Positions 19,160 through 28,498 of a stretch of 64,000 nt of DNA are shown here, piece after piece. The stretch lies in the NCBI GenBank assembly GCA_963705505.1, contig CAVPJU010000002.1, positions 32,001 to 96,000 of the forward strand, read 5' to 3'. How positions within the stretch are numbered: the first letter of the stretch is position 1; every line of letters begins with the position of its first letter. The notes beneath the pieces are model-generated. The model was not told the origin of the DNA. It did not search any database and saw only the letters and a list, made by a program, of their open reading frames with translations. The DNA comes from an uncultured bacterium (GTDB taxonomy: Bacteria; Desulfobacterota_D; UBA1144; Nemesobacterales; UBA2774). Position numbers and translations under genes: made by a program.

Positions 19160-20323
19160 GTGAACATGATGGATAATGAGTTCGACAGAACATTTTACGA
19201 TTCCGGCGATTTCGACGAATCCGATTTTTTTAATACAGTCGGCACGGCGAGGACGCATGGGAGGGGTTCAGCATCTGAAGCCCTGGACAACGTCTACGAG
19301 GCTTTCAGAGGACGAGAGGACAGACAGCCGGTAAAGCCCGGAAAGAAATCGAGGGGCAAGGAAAAGAAATGGACGAGATACGAGGAAGAAAGGGTCCTCC
19401 AGGTCTATTTCAGAGACCTCCTTACGGAGCCGCTGCTGACGCCTGCGGACGAAAAGCAGCTCGGGGCAAAGATAAAGGAATGCGAAAGGAACGCGCGGAA
19501 GATACAGAAGGAGCTCGAGCGCCTGGCGAAACCCAGGCAGAAGGAACTGCCCGCGAGGGACAAGAACAGGCTCGACGTCACGAGGAAGTTATATTCGGAT
19601 AAGGCGCAGGAGCTCAAATCGAAGTTTATAAGGTCCAATCTCAGGCTGGTCGTAAGCATAGCCAAGAGGCACCTCGGCAGGGGGCTTCCGCTGACGGACC
19701 TCGTTCAGGAGGGGAACCTCGGCCTCATAAGGGCTGTCGAGAAGTTCGATCACAGAAAGGGCTTCAAGTTCTCGACGTACGCCGCATGGTGGATACAGCA
19801 GGCCCTCACCAGAGCGATTGCCGAAAAGACGAGGACAATAAAGGTGCCGGTCTACGTGCTCGAGCAGTCGGGCAAGGTCTTCAGGGCGAAGTATGCTCTC
19901 GAGGAGGAGCTCGGAAGAAAACCGCTCCCCGAGGAGATCGCCGAAAAAGCCGGGCTTTCGAGGGAGGTAGTACAGGCGGTCATAGACGGGACCGACAGCG
20001 TGCTCTCGCTCGATAACCCCGTAACCGACGACAACGAAAAGACGTACGTGGACATGATGCCCGACGAGCGCGGGGGACAGGAATCCGCCGTTTCAGAAAT
20101 CAGGGTCAGGAAACTCATCGACGAGTCCCTTTCGTCACTTACACCGAAGGAAGAGGTGGTAGTGAGGATGAGGTACGGCCTCGGCGAGGAAAAGATATAC
20201 ACGCTCGACGAGATCGGGAACAAGTTCGGAGTGACGCGCGAGAGGATAAGGCAGATAGAGAAGAGCGCGCTCGAAAAGATATCGAAGTCCGGGCTCGGCG
20301 AAACGTTGAAAGGATACCTCTAA
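19160..20323 (+). CDS. Alternative sigma70 factor, RpoD/RpoS-like (regions 1.2, 2, 3, 4)
   Basis: NLRLVVSIAK, DLVQEGNLGLIRAVEKFD, GFKFSTYAAWWIQQA, TLDEIGNKFGVTRERIRQIE. Confidence 0.95.
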   Translation: MNMMDNEFDRTFYDSGDFDESDFFNTVGTARTHGRGSASEALDNVYEAFRGREDRQPVKPGKKSRGKEKKWTRYEEERVLQVYFRDLLTEPLLTPADEKQLGAKIKECERNARKIQKELERLAKPRQKELPARDKNRLDVTRKLYSDKAQELKSKFIRSNLRLVVSIAKRHLGRGLPLTDLVQEGNLGLIRAVEKFDHRKGFKFSTYAAWWIQQALTRAIAEKTRTIKVPVYVLEQSGKVFRAKYALEEELGRKPLPEEIAEKAGLSREVVQAVIDGTDSVLSLDNPVTDDNEKTYVDMMPDERGGQESAVSEIRVRKLIDESLSSLTPKEEVVVRMRYGLGEEKIYTLDEIGNKFGVTRERIRQIEKSALEKISKSGLGETLKGYL

Positions 20324-20706
20324 AACCCGAAAGCCGGATTCGGCTTTAAATCCCAATTACAATGAAAACTAACGAAAAAGCCCGCGTGCTCCTCACCGGA
20401 GCCGCGGGCTGCATAGGCTGAAGGCTCCCACAGGACTCCGGGGCTCCCTCTGCCGGAAGTCCGTTTATCCCCTCCACGAACTCGTATTCGACGGAATGAT
20501 AAGGGCTGTCGCCGGGGAAACGGAGTCGCTCCGGGAAAAAATTTCAGACGCGTAATTTTTAAGTGGAAACGGCGTTCGTTACGGAGTAGAATTGAATCAG
20601 GGCATCCCGCACCGCCGGGCTGACGTTTACGAGAGAGAATCCGGCACCCGCAGAGGGCGTGCGTCATTTAACCGATATTAATTTCAGGAGGCATGGGAAA
20701 CGGCGG

Positions 20707-22080
20707 ATGATACACGGCAGAACTATTTTCTGGTTCAAGCGGGACCTCAGGACGCACGACAACACCGGGCTCTATCACGCCGTAAGGGACAGCAGGGAAG
20801 TCATCCCTCTCTACATACTCGAGGACTCGATACTGTCGAAGTACCCGCAGGGGAGTAAACGCCTCGGATTCTTCTCGGACGCGCTCTCGAACCTCGACGG
20901 GGAGCTCAGGAGACTCGGCTCGTACCTGCTCGTTCTGAGAGGCAAAGCCGAAGAGATAATCCCCGCCCTCATAAACTCGCAGAGGGTCGAAGCCGTTTAC
21001 ACGAACAGGGCTTACGGCTTCTCGGGGGTCAAGCGGGATCTCGGCGTCGAGCACCAGTGCAGGTTCCACGACACCGTGTTCAAGAAATTCGACGACACGT
21101 TCCTCGTCCCGCCTCACGAGATCGACCAGAGAAAGGTGTTCACCCCGTTTTACAGCATCTGGCAGAGCAAGAGGAAGAGCGAGCCCCTTCCCGCGCCGCA
21201 GAAGATAACCTCCCCTCCCCTCTCGCCCGTATCCGTCGAGAGCCTGACGAGCGAACTCGGCAGCGGTGAGAACAAATACTGGCCGCCCGGATTCCCCGAG
21301 ACGCGGTTGAGAGACTTCAACTTCGCCGATTACTCCCTCACCAGGGACTACCCCTATCTGGACGGCACTTCGAGGCTGTCCCCTTACCTCAGGTTCGGCA
21401 TAGTATCCGTAAGGAAGGTCTACGAGGCCGCCGTCAACGCATGCCCGGAGTCCGACTCGTATATATCCGAGCTCGCATGGAGGGAATTCTGGTACCACAT
21501 CATGCACAACTTCCCCGAGACGAGGGGACTCGAGTTCCAGGAAAAGAGGCGGAACATAAAATGGATAAACAGCGAGAAGTGGTACGACGCATGGCGCGAG
21601 GGACGCACAGGGTACCCGATCGTGGACGCCGGCATGAGACAGCTGAGGGAAGAGGGCTGGATGCACAACCGTGTGCGGATGATCGTCGCGTCTTTCCTCA
21701 CGAAGGACCTGATGACGGACTGGAGGTGGGGAGACAGGCACTTCTTCGAGCATCTGGTGGATTACGACGAGACGGTTGATATAGGGAACTGGCAGTGGTC
21801 CGCTTCATGCGGGGCAGACCCCAAGCCGCTTCGGATATTCAACCCGATGCTGCAATCGCAGAACTACGACCCAGAATGCATATATATCAAGCGGTACATA
21901 CCGGAGCTCTTTTCCATAGACCCCGAGAAAATACACAACCCCCTCACATACAAGCTCCCCTACCACAGGCCCATGGTGAACCACTACGAGATGAGGAACC
22001 TCGCCCACGAGGCTTACTCGGGGGGACGCATCGACGACGAGTACATTTCCCAGATCAAGAAGGACCAGGGTTTTCCGTGA
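20707..22080 (+). CDS. phrB: Cryptochrome/DNA photolyase family protein (class I CPD-like)
   Basis: WFKRDLRTHDN, TSRLSPYLRFG, ELAWREF, TGYPIVDAGMRQL, GWMHNRVRM, GNWQW; ORF opens at 20659. Confidence 0.93.
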   Translation: MIHGRTIFWFKRDLRTHDNTGLYHAVRDSREVIPLYILEDSILSKYPQGSKRLGFFSDALSNLDGELRRLGSYLLVLRGKAEEIIPALINSQRVEAVYTNRAYGFSGVKRDLGVEHQCRFHDTVFKKFDDTFLVPPHEIDQRKVFTPFYSIWQSKRKSEPLPAPQKITSPPLSPVSVESLTSELGSGENKYWPPGFPETRLRDFNFADYSLTRDYPYLDGTSRLSPYLRFGIVSVRKVYEAAVNACPESDSYISELAWREFWYHIMHNFPETRGLEFQEKRRNIKWINSEKWYDAWREGRTGYPIVDAGMRQLREEGWMHNRVRMIVASFLTKDLMTDWRWGDRHFFEHLVDYDETVDIGNWQWSASCGADPKPLRIFNPMLQSQNYDPECIYIKRYIPELFSIDPEKIHNPLTYKLPYHRPMVNHYEMRNLAHEAYSGGRIDDEYISQIKKDQGFP

Positions 22081-22082
22081 CA

Positions 22083-22125
22083 ACAGCCCCCGCCGGGCGT
22101 CGCTCCCGCAGGCTGTGGTTTTTTT
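22083..22125 (+). terminator. Possible intrinsic terminator after phr
   Basis: ACAGCC...GGCTGT stem followed by a T run. Confidence 0.45.
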
Positions 22126-22157
22126 GAGCTATTGGCTACACTAACCTGAGGCGAGAC

Positions 22158-22943
22158 ATGGCTATAAGCGTGCTGATGGCATACGAGCCCCTGGAGAAGA
22201 CGGGGGAGAAATACGGTTACTGGCGGAGCTATATATCCTTTTACGAGAGCTTCAAGGACGGCCCCGCGACCCCCAATTCGGCCTGGTACGGGAGCGAATA
22301 CGACGCCTTCAGGGAATCCCTCTCAAAAGAGCTCGGCATAGAGAAGCGTCTGATAGAGGACTGCTTCTTCATGAAGGACGAGGACGGGAATTACTTCGTC
22401 ACGCCCGTGGGCTCGAGCGCGAACCCCAATATATTCAGCGCCGAGAACTTCATCCCGCTCGAATGGTTCCTCATGTATGACGGGAGCGAAAAGAAATATT
22501 TCTTCACCCACACGGGCTTCGGCGCCATACGCCAGGACGCGGTCTACTACAACACGAAGGTAAGCGCGGCCCTCCGGAGGCTCGGGGAAGCCGTAAGCGA
22601 CATGGACGCTTTTCTCGCCTCGACCCTATCCTCAGGCAGTCCGACTCTTACAGGCGTGCTGAACGACCTCAAATCAGGCGCTGAGAACCTGGCGCACTGG
22701 CTCTCGGGCTTCGACCCGGAGAGCTTCGTTATGCTCAACTACGGCGAGATATGCTCCCGCTTCGACCCCGATTCGATGAAGAACGAGGACTCCGTATCCG
22801 AGCTCAGGCTCGTGCTCACTCTCGCCCGCGAGGGCATCGCAGGTGATGCCGAAAAGGTGCTCGCCATGCTCCTCTCGAAATGGGAAGAGATAAACAGCTC
22901 CTTCACGCCCTCGGAAGAGAAGCGGCCGTCCACGCTCCAGTAA
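22158..22943 (+). CDS. Hypothetical cytoplasmic protein
   Basis: 261-aa ORF with host-like codon bias, between phr and ybgA; no motif recognised. Confidence 0.8.
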   Translation: MAISVLMAYEPLEKTGEKYGYWRSYISFYESFKDGPATPNSAWYGSEYDAFRESLSKELGIEKRLIEDCFFMKDEDGNYFVTPVGSSANPNIFSAENFIPLEWFLMYDGSEKKYFFTHTGFGAIRQDAVYYNTKVSAALRRLGEAVSDMDAFLASTLSSGSPTLTGVLNDLKSGAENLAHWLSGFDPESFVMLNYGEICSRFDPDSMKNEDSVSELRLVLTLAREGIAGDAEKVLAMLLSKWEEINSSFTPSEEKRPSTLQ

Positions 22944-23016
22944 AAATTACGATCTGAGAGATTTATAGTAAATTTAGCAGCATAAACAAATTCATCACCC
23001 TGGTTCAGGACCGAGC

Positions 23017-23196
23017 ATGAGAACCTTTCCGAGACCCATCATAGTGACGAGCATGTGCTTCGAGTTCGACGCCTGCAGATACAACGGTCAGACGATCCCC
23101 AATAATTTCGTCCAGGCTCTCGAGCCGTGGGTCGAATTCAGGCCCGTCTGCCCCGAGCTCGAGATAGGGCTCGGCGTCCCGCGCGACCTGATACTC
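23017..23196 (+). pseudogene. ybgA: 5' part of a DUF523/DUF1722 (YbgA-like) gene, interrupted
   Basis: SMC...CRYNG...VCPELEIGLGVPR, the DUF523 N-terminus; similarity stops after PRD. Confidence 0.88.
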
Positions 23197-23403
23197 GAAG
23201 TCCCTCGCGGCAGCGCGGAGGTATATCAGAAGGAGAAGTAGTATTGTCGGGATTATTATTAGATAATAACCTGAATGGACAAACAAAAGCACATCCACAG
23301 ATGGATGTCGGGTACTTGGACATTTTCCTTTAAAGTACCAGACAGTCTCAACCTATTTTACTCGAAGGTGCCGAAGTGATCCGAGAATCTGCAAGACCCC
23401 ACT

Positions 23404-25026
23404 CTATTTCGAGTCCACGGGCTCGATAATGAAATCGGGCGGAGTGAGGCCCACAATGCAATCGATATCAGGCGCGTTAGGCGTCGAGAAGAACGATCTG
23501 ATTACGTCTTGAGCGCAGTCGGACTTTGGCACGACGAAATGACCGACACCGGGAATTACGATGAACACCGAATTCACGAGTGAATTGGCGACACCCTCAG
23601 CCAGAAGCGGCGAGGTGATAGCGTCGTAGCTGCCCGATATGACAAGCGTCGGGATGGGCTTGCCGCTAAGCGTGCGCTGCCTCTCAGGACCCTTCGGGAC
23701 TTTCCAGACGTCGCAAATCTCCGTCATGAATGGAAATTGCGGCGGTTGGGCCAACACCGAGTCCGGAAACGTCGGAAACTGGATTCGCCCCTGCTTGACT
23801 ATATTGTCAGGGGACTCGTAAGGTACCCACTCACTGCAGATAACTCCGTTTTGCAGACCAAAACTAAACTCGCCCTCGTGCGTGACACCCACTATGGCGT
23901 ACAGCGCGAGAACGTCATGCGTCATTCCGCGATCCATCTGGTCAATCAACGCCGGCAGTATGGTAGGAAAGGCTTCCGACAAACCGACCGCAGTGATCTC
24001 AAACGCTCCGCCGTCGACCACGACATGCACAGGCTGAGCATCCGGCGATGGGGGCTGTCCGGGAAATGCCGGTATCACATCACCTTCAGCAGGATTTGAT
24101 TCAAGTTGGTTCACCACTCGTGCGAAAGTATCGCCTATGTTCGAATAGCGATTGTGGCACGCGGGCTGGGCTTCACATTGACGGAAGATCTCATGTAGTC
24201 CTTCTCCAGCATTGGTCCAGAAGTCGCCCATAACGGTGTAAGGGGGTACGACGGAATCTATAGCCACGCTGCGAATGCCTTCGGGATGCTCACGCATGTA
24301 GGTTAGTGCCAGATCAGTACCGTAGGAGACGCCGTACACATTCCATTCCTTGATGCCGAGCGCTTTTCTGAGATCGGCGAAATCGGCTGCGTTCTGTATG
24401 GAATTGTAAGCGCCGAGATCCACTCCCTCAGCCATCAGGCGTTCGTAGCACTCGCGCGACGCATCGACTAACAGTGTGCCGCTCTCATCGCTATCATACC
24501 GCAAACCGACTGTACTCGCCCGGGCGCGATCTGACTCCGGACAAAGGAGAGCCGGATCAGTGAATAACGTCCCCCGCTGATCCATGATTATCAAATCGCG
24601 GTCGCGGTTAATTCCGGCAACTTCAACCAACAGGTCGGCAGACGGGAGAGCCGCACCGCCGGGGCCGCCGACCATATATACGATAGGGTCCGGCGCTGGG
24701 ACTTCAGCTACAGCCGGTATGATTGCTACATTCAGGCGTATCGTCTTCCAATTGTTTTTGTCGCGGTCTTCCGGCACTACCAGCTGACCGCATTTTGCAT
24801 TCTTGAGCGATGATTGCGGGGGATTTAATTGCGGACAGGGACCAGGCTCGAATCTCGCCTCCTGCAGGTTGTTAGATTTGTTACACCCGCCATAAACGAA
24901 AAATGCGATAGCCAGCACAAGTACGCATAGAATTGGAAACCGTGTCCGCCCATCACACATTTTCTTCCGAATTATCACGGAGCGAATACACTCCGCCAAA
25001 CCGAATCTTGACGGATATCGAATCAT
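23404..25026 (-). CDS. Alpha/beta hydrolase, TAP-like peptidase, probable lipoprotein
   Basis: GGPG, DQRG, GVSYG, YDAIT, GVGH; YGGC lipobox; start probably near 24960. Confidence 0.88.
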   Translation of the reverse strand: MIRYPSRFGLAECIRSVIIRKKMCDGRTRFPILCVLVLAIAFFVYGGCNKSNNLQEARFEPGPCPQLNPPQSSLKNAKCGQLVVPEDRDKNNWKTIRLNVAIIPAVAEVPAPDPIVYMVGGPGGAALPSADLLVEVAGINRDRDLIIMDQRGTLFTDPALLCPESDRARASTVGLRYDSDESGTLLVDASRECYERLMAEGVDLGAYNSIQNAADFADLRKALGIKEWNVYGVSYGTDLALTYMREHPEGIRSVAIDSVVPPYTVMGDFWTNAGEGLHEIFRQCEAQPACHNRYSNIGDTFARVVNQLESNPAEGDVIPAFPGQPPSPDAQPVHVVVDGGAFEITAVGLSEAFPTILPALIDQMDRGMTHDVLALYAIVGVTHEGEFSFGLQNGVICSEWVPYESPDNIVKQGRIQFPTFPDSVLAQPPQFPFMTEICDVWKVPKGPERQRTLSGKPIPTLVISGSYDAITSPLLAEGVANSLVNSVFIVIPGVGHFVVPKSDCAQDVIRSFFSTPNAPDIDCIVGLTPPDFIIEPVDSK

Positions 25027-25291
25027 CCGAAATTCTTCCTTCTCAAACCTATCATCGAGCGTCCTGTATTCACCCGATAATTAGTCAGATTTCGCTAATT
25101 GTATTATGGAATAATTTGTATGAGTACGGCATCCGATATACCATTTTATTTGTATAATAAACTGTATAATAAACTGATAAACTGATAGACTACTGACTAA
25201 TTATACCTTTGATTTTATTAGGAAGTGTAATTTTTAGCAAGATCCTTGGAAAATCACTGCAATAGATATATATCATTGAATATTATCGCCC

Positions 25292-25524
25292 GCCGGACTC
25301 GACTGGGAGGAGCATGTGAGGATCGACCCCCGTTATTTCAGACCCGTGGATTCGAAGGGCATAGGGCGGACTCTACGAGGGCGAATAGCGAACACCGATG
25401 GGAGCCCCGGATAAGGCTCAGGGAGCTTTTAGGGATAAGTGTTGACTCGGACATGATGGCTCAACCACCGAAGCCGCCTGTGGAAGGGGAGAGCGTGCTC
25501 TTGGAGAGGTTCCCCGCGAGATAA
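25292..25524 (+). pseudogene. gmd: Degraded 3' fragment of GDP-mannose 4,6-dehydratase
   Basis: AGLDWEEHVRIDPRYFRP, then after a frameshift ADSTRANSEHRWEPRIRLRELLGISVDSD. Confidence 0.75.
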
Positions 25525-25769
25525 TGGAAAACCGGGTGAGCAAGCCATCGTCGAGAACCCGAAGGCCCTGTTTTCATGGTCCAGGTTGGTTGTCAAGATA
25601 GTTGCGTTCCCCGCCCACTTTTTTCTCTCACGTATCATTCCCAGAATTAAATGCTTAATCGATGGACAATTTATTCTCTTTTCTTGTATTAATTGTGTCT
25701 ATAATTGTATGATTGAAGCTAATGGCGATACCGATGTATTTCTTACGAAGACAATTTCCGGAGATGTTT

Positions 25770-27209
25770 ATGAAGGGGATACTAAGCATTTTTCTAATTA
25801 TATTGCTTATTACGGCATGCGACGACAGCGGTAATGTGCATGATTGTTTCAGTGCGGATGATTTTCAGGGCGCGGATTGTCTAGCTGAAGCCATGCTAAA
25901 TTCGTGCAGCAGCATAGGCTGCAGCTCCAGGGATGCGGAATTGACGCCGCCGCTCTCACCTATTTGCAAAAAAGTCAATTGTTCATCTTTCGATTGCAAT
26001 GAAGTCTTGTACACAACCGATGGAGAGACTTTCACCGCACCGGGAACTATTACGAATCTGCACCTTGAGAATACAGGGGAGCTCGGAGGAGTCATAACTG
26101 TTGGGGGAAAGGAGCAGAAAATTGAATGCGCAGTAGACACCGGACCTGCGCCATCGACCGCAGTCATAGCCACTCCCATACATGATGCGCTCGCCGTACC
26201 CGGCGATGACGGAATGATCCATGTCGAATACGACCTGCTCTTTACCAACACATTTGCGTCTCCCGTAACGCTTAAGACTATCGACGTCACCGATATTTCG
26301 GGCACTCTTCTGATGCGCTTAGAAGGTGCACGGCTCTCAGCAGCGACTCAGAATGTGTTCGATCAAAAGGTCATTTCGGAGATACCGGCGTCGGGCTCTG
26401 CCGCAGTCGAGGTAGACCTGATTCTCAAACCAGGAACGGTTCCAGAACGATTATCCCACCGTATCGTTTATGACTTCTTGGACCAGGACCGGTCTGCGGC
26501 AGCCATCTCTTCGCGGGAATTCACTGGCCCCGAGCTTATGGTGGACCCACGCGAGCCGCAACAAATCATATCCCCGGTCTCGGGAACGGAATGGGCATCG
26601 TTTAACGGCTGCTGCACTCCGAACCGGCACCGCGATACGAGAATTGGGGCGGGCACGCGCATCGCCACGGCTGAAACATTCGATATAGACTGGCTCAAGC
26701 TGGAAAACGGTCGGTTGTTCAGCGGTGACGGTTCCGAGAACACGGATTACTTCTGCTTCGGCGCGCCGATCGTCTCGGCCACGGACGGCATTGTAGTCGA
26801 CGCCCGCGACGGTGTGCCGGACAGCATTCCGAATATACCTCCGACTAACATACACACTCCTAGGGATTTCAGCGGCAACTTCGTCGTAGTTCGTGTACGA
26901 CCGAAGGTTTATGCCATTTATGCGCATCTTGAATTAGGCTCGGTCACCGTCAAGATCGGGGATATCGTTAAGGCGGGAACGCTCTTAGGCAGACTCGGAA
27001 GCTCCGGGAATTCCACAGCGCCTCATCTGCATTTTGGGATAGTAGATCAGCAGGACCCGACTACGGCGAACAGCCTGCCGTTCGTGATAGACAACTTCGA
27101 ACTTACCGGAATAATCACAGGAGACGAAAACAACCTGAATATTCAGCCGGTCTCCCGTTCGGTTACGGACGCATACCCGCTCGTTCTGGGTGTAGCGACA
27201 TTCAAGTGA
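25770..27209 (+). CDS. Lipoprotein with Cys-rich N-domain and M23-family peptidase domain
   Basis: ITAC lipobox; GNFVVV, YAHL, LGRLGSSGNSTAPHLHF. Confidence 0.85.
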   Translation: MKGILSIFLIILLITACDDSGNVHDCFSADDFQGADCLAEAMLNSCSSIGCSSRDAELTPPLSPICKKVNCSSFDCNEVLYTTDGETFTAPGTITNLHLENTGELGGVITVGGKEQKIECAVDTGPAPSTAVIATPIHDALAVPGDDGMIHVEYDLLFTNTFASPVTLKTIDVTDISGTLLMRLEGARLSAATQNVFDQKVISEIPASGSAAVEVDLILKPGTVPERLSHRIVYDFLDQDRSAAAISSREFTGPELMVDPREPQQIISPVSGTEWASFNGCCTPNRHRDTRIGAGTRIATAETFDIDWLKLENGRLFSGDGSENTDYFCFGAPIVSATDGIVVDARDGVPDSIPNIPPTNIHTPRDFSGNFVVVRVRPKVYAIYAHLELGSVTVKIGDIVKAGTLLGRLGSSGNSTAPHLHFGIVDQQDPTTANSLPFVIDNFELTGIITGDENNLNIQPVSRSVTDAYPLVLGVATFK

Positions 27210-27269
27210 GACGAGTCGAAGCTAAAAAAATGCTTTCGAGGATGTTCGACGAAAACGAGTTCCTAAGTG

Positions 27270-27297
27270 TGACCTGCCCCCGTTAATAGGTCCATAG
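27270..27297 (+). mobile_element. Isolated IS3-family (IS407-like) terminal inverted repeat
   Basis: TGACCTGCCCCCGTTAATAGGTCCA resembles IS3/IS407-group ends; no transposase follows. Confidence 0.55.
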
Positions 27298-27616
27298 ATT
27301 AAGTTAGATCTTCGAAAGAGATCCCCATATAAAGGAGCTCATCGGAATAGTTCGATCGGCCTTAACGCATACGTTTCAGTAGCTGTTCATATACGAAGTC
27401 ACAGATATTAAATCACCTCAGTTTTATGCGAGTTTTATGCGGAAAATAAGCAAAAATAAGTAAACTAGCTGGTTTCAAAAACCTCAAAACCCTAATGTTT
27501 CGCTTTTATAATACGTCTAATAAAGTGTGTCAAGACTCAGTAACGAAACAATATTTTGATCGAAAATCTAACAAAATCTATAGGTTCTGAAATCGCTAAA
27601 ACAAGTGATCAGTTTA

Positions 27617-28285
27617 ATACTCAAGAGCCGCTCCCCATCGTGCGGAATAAAGGACGCGAAGGAATTCCCCGACGCGGAGAACGAGATAGCGACGGGCAAG
27701 GGCGCGGGAATCTTCGCCGAAAGGGTCATGTCAAAATTCCCCGGACTCGCGGTCGAGGACGAGGGGAGACTCAGGAACTTCAGGATAAGGGAGCACTTCC
27801 TGACCAAGCTCTACACGCTCGCGAGCTTCAGAGGAGTGAAAAAGGCGGGGAGCGCCAATGCCCTCGTGAACTTCCATACGGAGAACAAGTTTCTGCTCAT
27901 GTCATACAGCGGGAAGGAGATGAGGGCATTAGGCAGAATAACCGCGAATGCGGAAGGGAAACGCCCGGAAATATTGATCGCCGAGTACGGCGAGGGTCTT
28001 CGGCATGCGCTCGCGTCCCCGCAGAGGAGGTCCTCAGGCATAAACGTCCTCATGCATGCGCTCGGATATTTCTCGGACAGGCTCACCGGGAGGGAGAAGG
28101 CCTATTTCCTCGACCTCCTGGAGGCGTACAGGAACGAGAGGATACCGCTCAGCGCCGTACTTGCCGTGCTTGAGTCCTGGGTGATCAAGTACGATGAGGA
28201 TTACCTCGCGCGCCAGACCTTCTTCGAGCCTTATCCGAAGGAGCTGATGGAGATCTCAGACTCCGGCAAGGGGCGGGAGGTGTAA
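27617..28285 (+). pseudogene. ybgA: 3' part of the DUF523/DUF1722 (YbgA-like) gene
   Basis: ILKSRSPSCG, G.GIFA, EDEGRL, FH..NK.LLM.Y, NVLMHALGYF, YLARQTFFEPYP. Confidence 0.9.
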
Positions 28286-28498
28286 AGGGTGCATGCCAAT
28301 GCTGAAGCGCAGATTTCATGCGGGTCTTTCGTCAGGCTCGGGATGAACGGACCGGGCTTCAATTGCTGAAGGGATCCGGAGGAGTAAGGCAGATATCGTA
28401 TATGAGCGCGGATTCCGCGCCGCGCTTCGTGTATACTAAAAAATCTTCGAGAAATTTCTGAATAATATGTTAAAGTTTTAAATGAATCGAGGAAATAT

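Larger units (their letters stand above)
23191..27622. mobile_element. About 4.4-kb inserted segment splitting ybgA, bounded by an ATACTC direct repeat; no integrase present
   Basis: ATACTC at 23191-23196 and 27617-27622; AT-richer interior with a gmd relic and an IS end. Confidence 0.65.

Noticed and set aside
20330..20660. GC-rich hairpins between the sigma gene and phr as a cobalamin riboswitch
   Set aside because: No B12-box or other conserved core recognisable by eye; an Rfam scan would be needed
27512..27540. ACGTCTAATAA resembles a XerC arm of a dif site
   Set aside because: No TTATGTxAA XerD arm at 6-bp spacing
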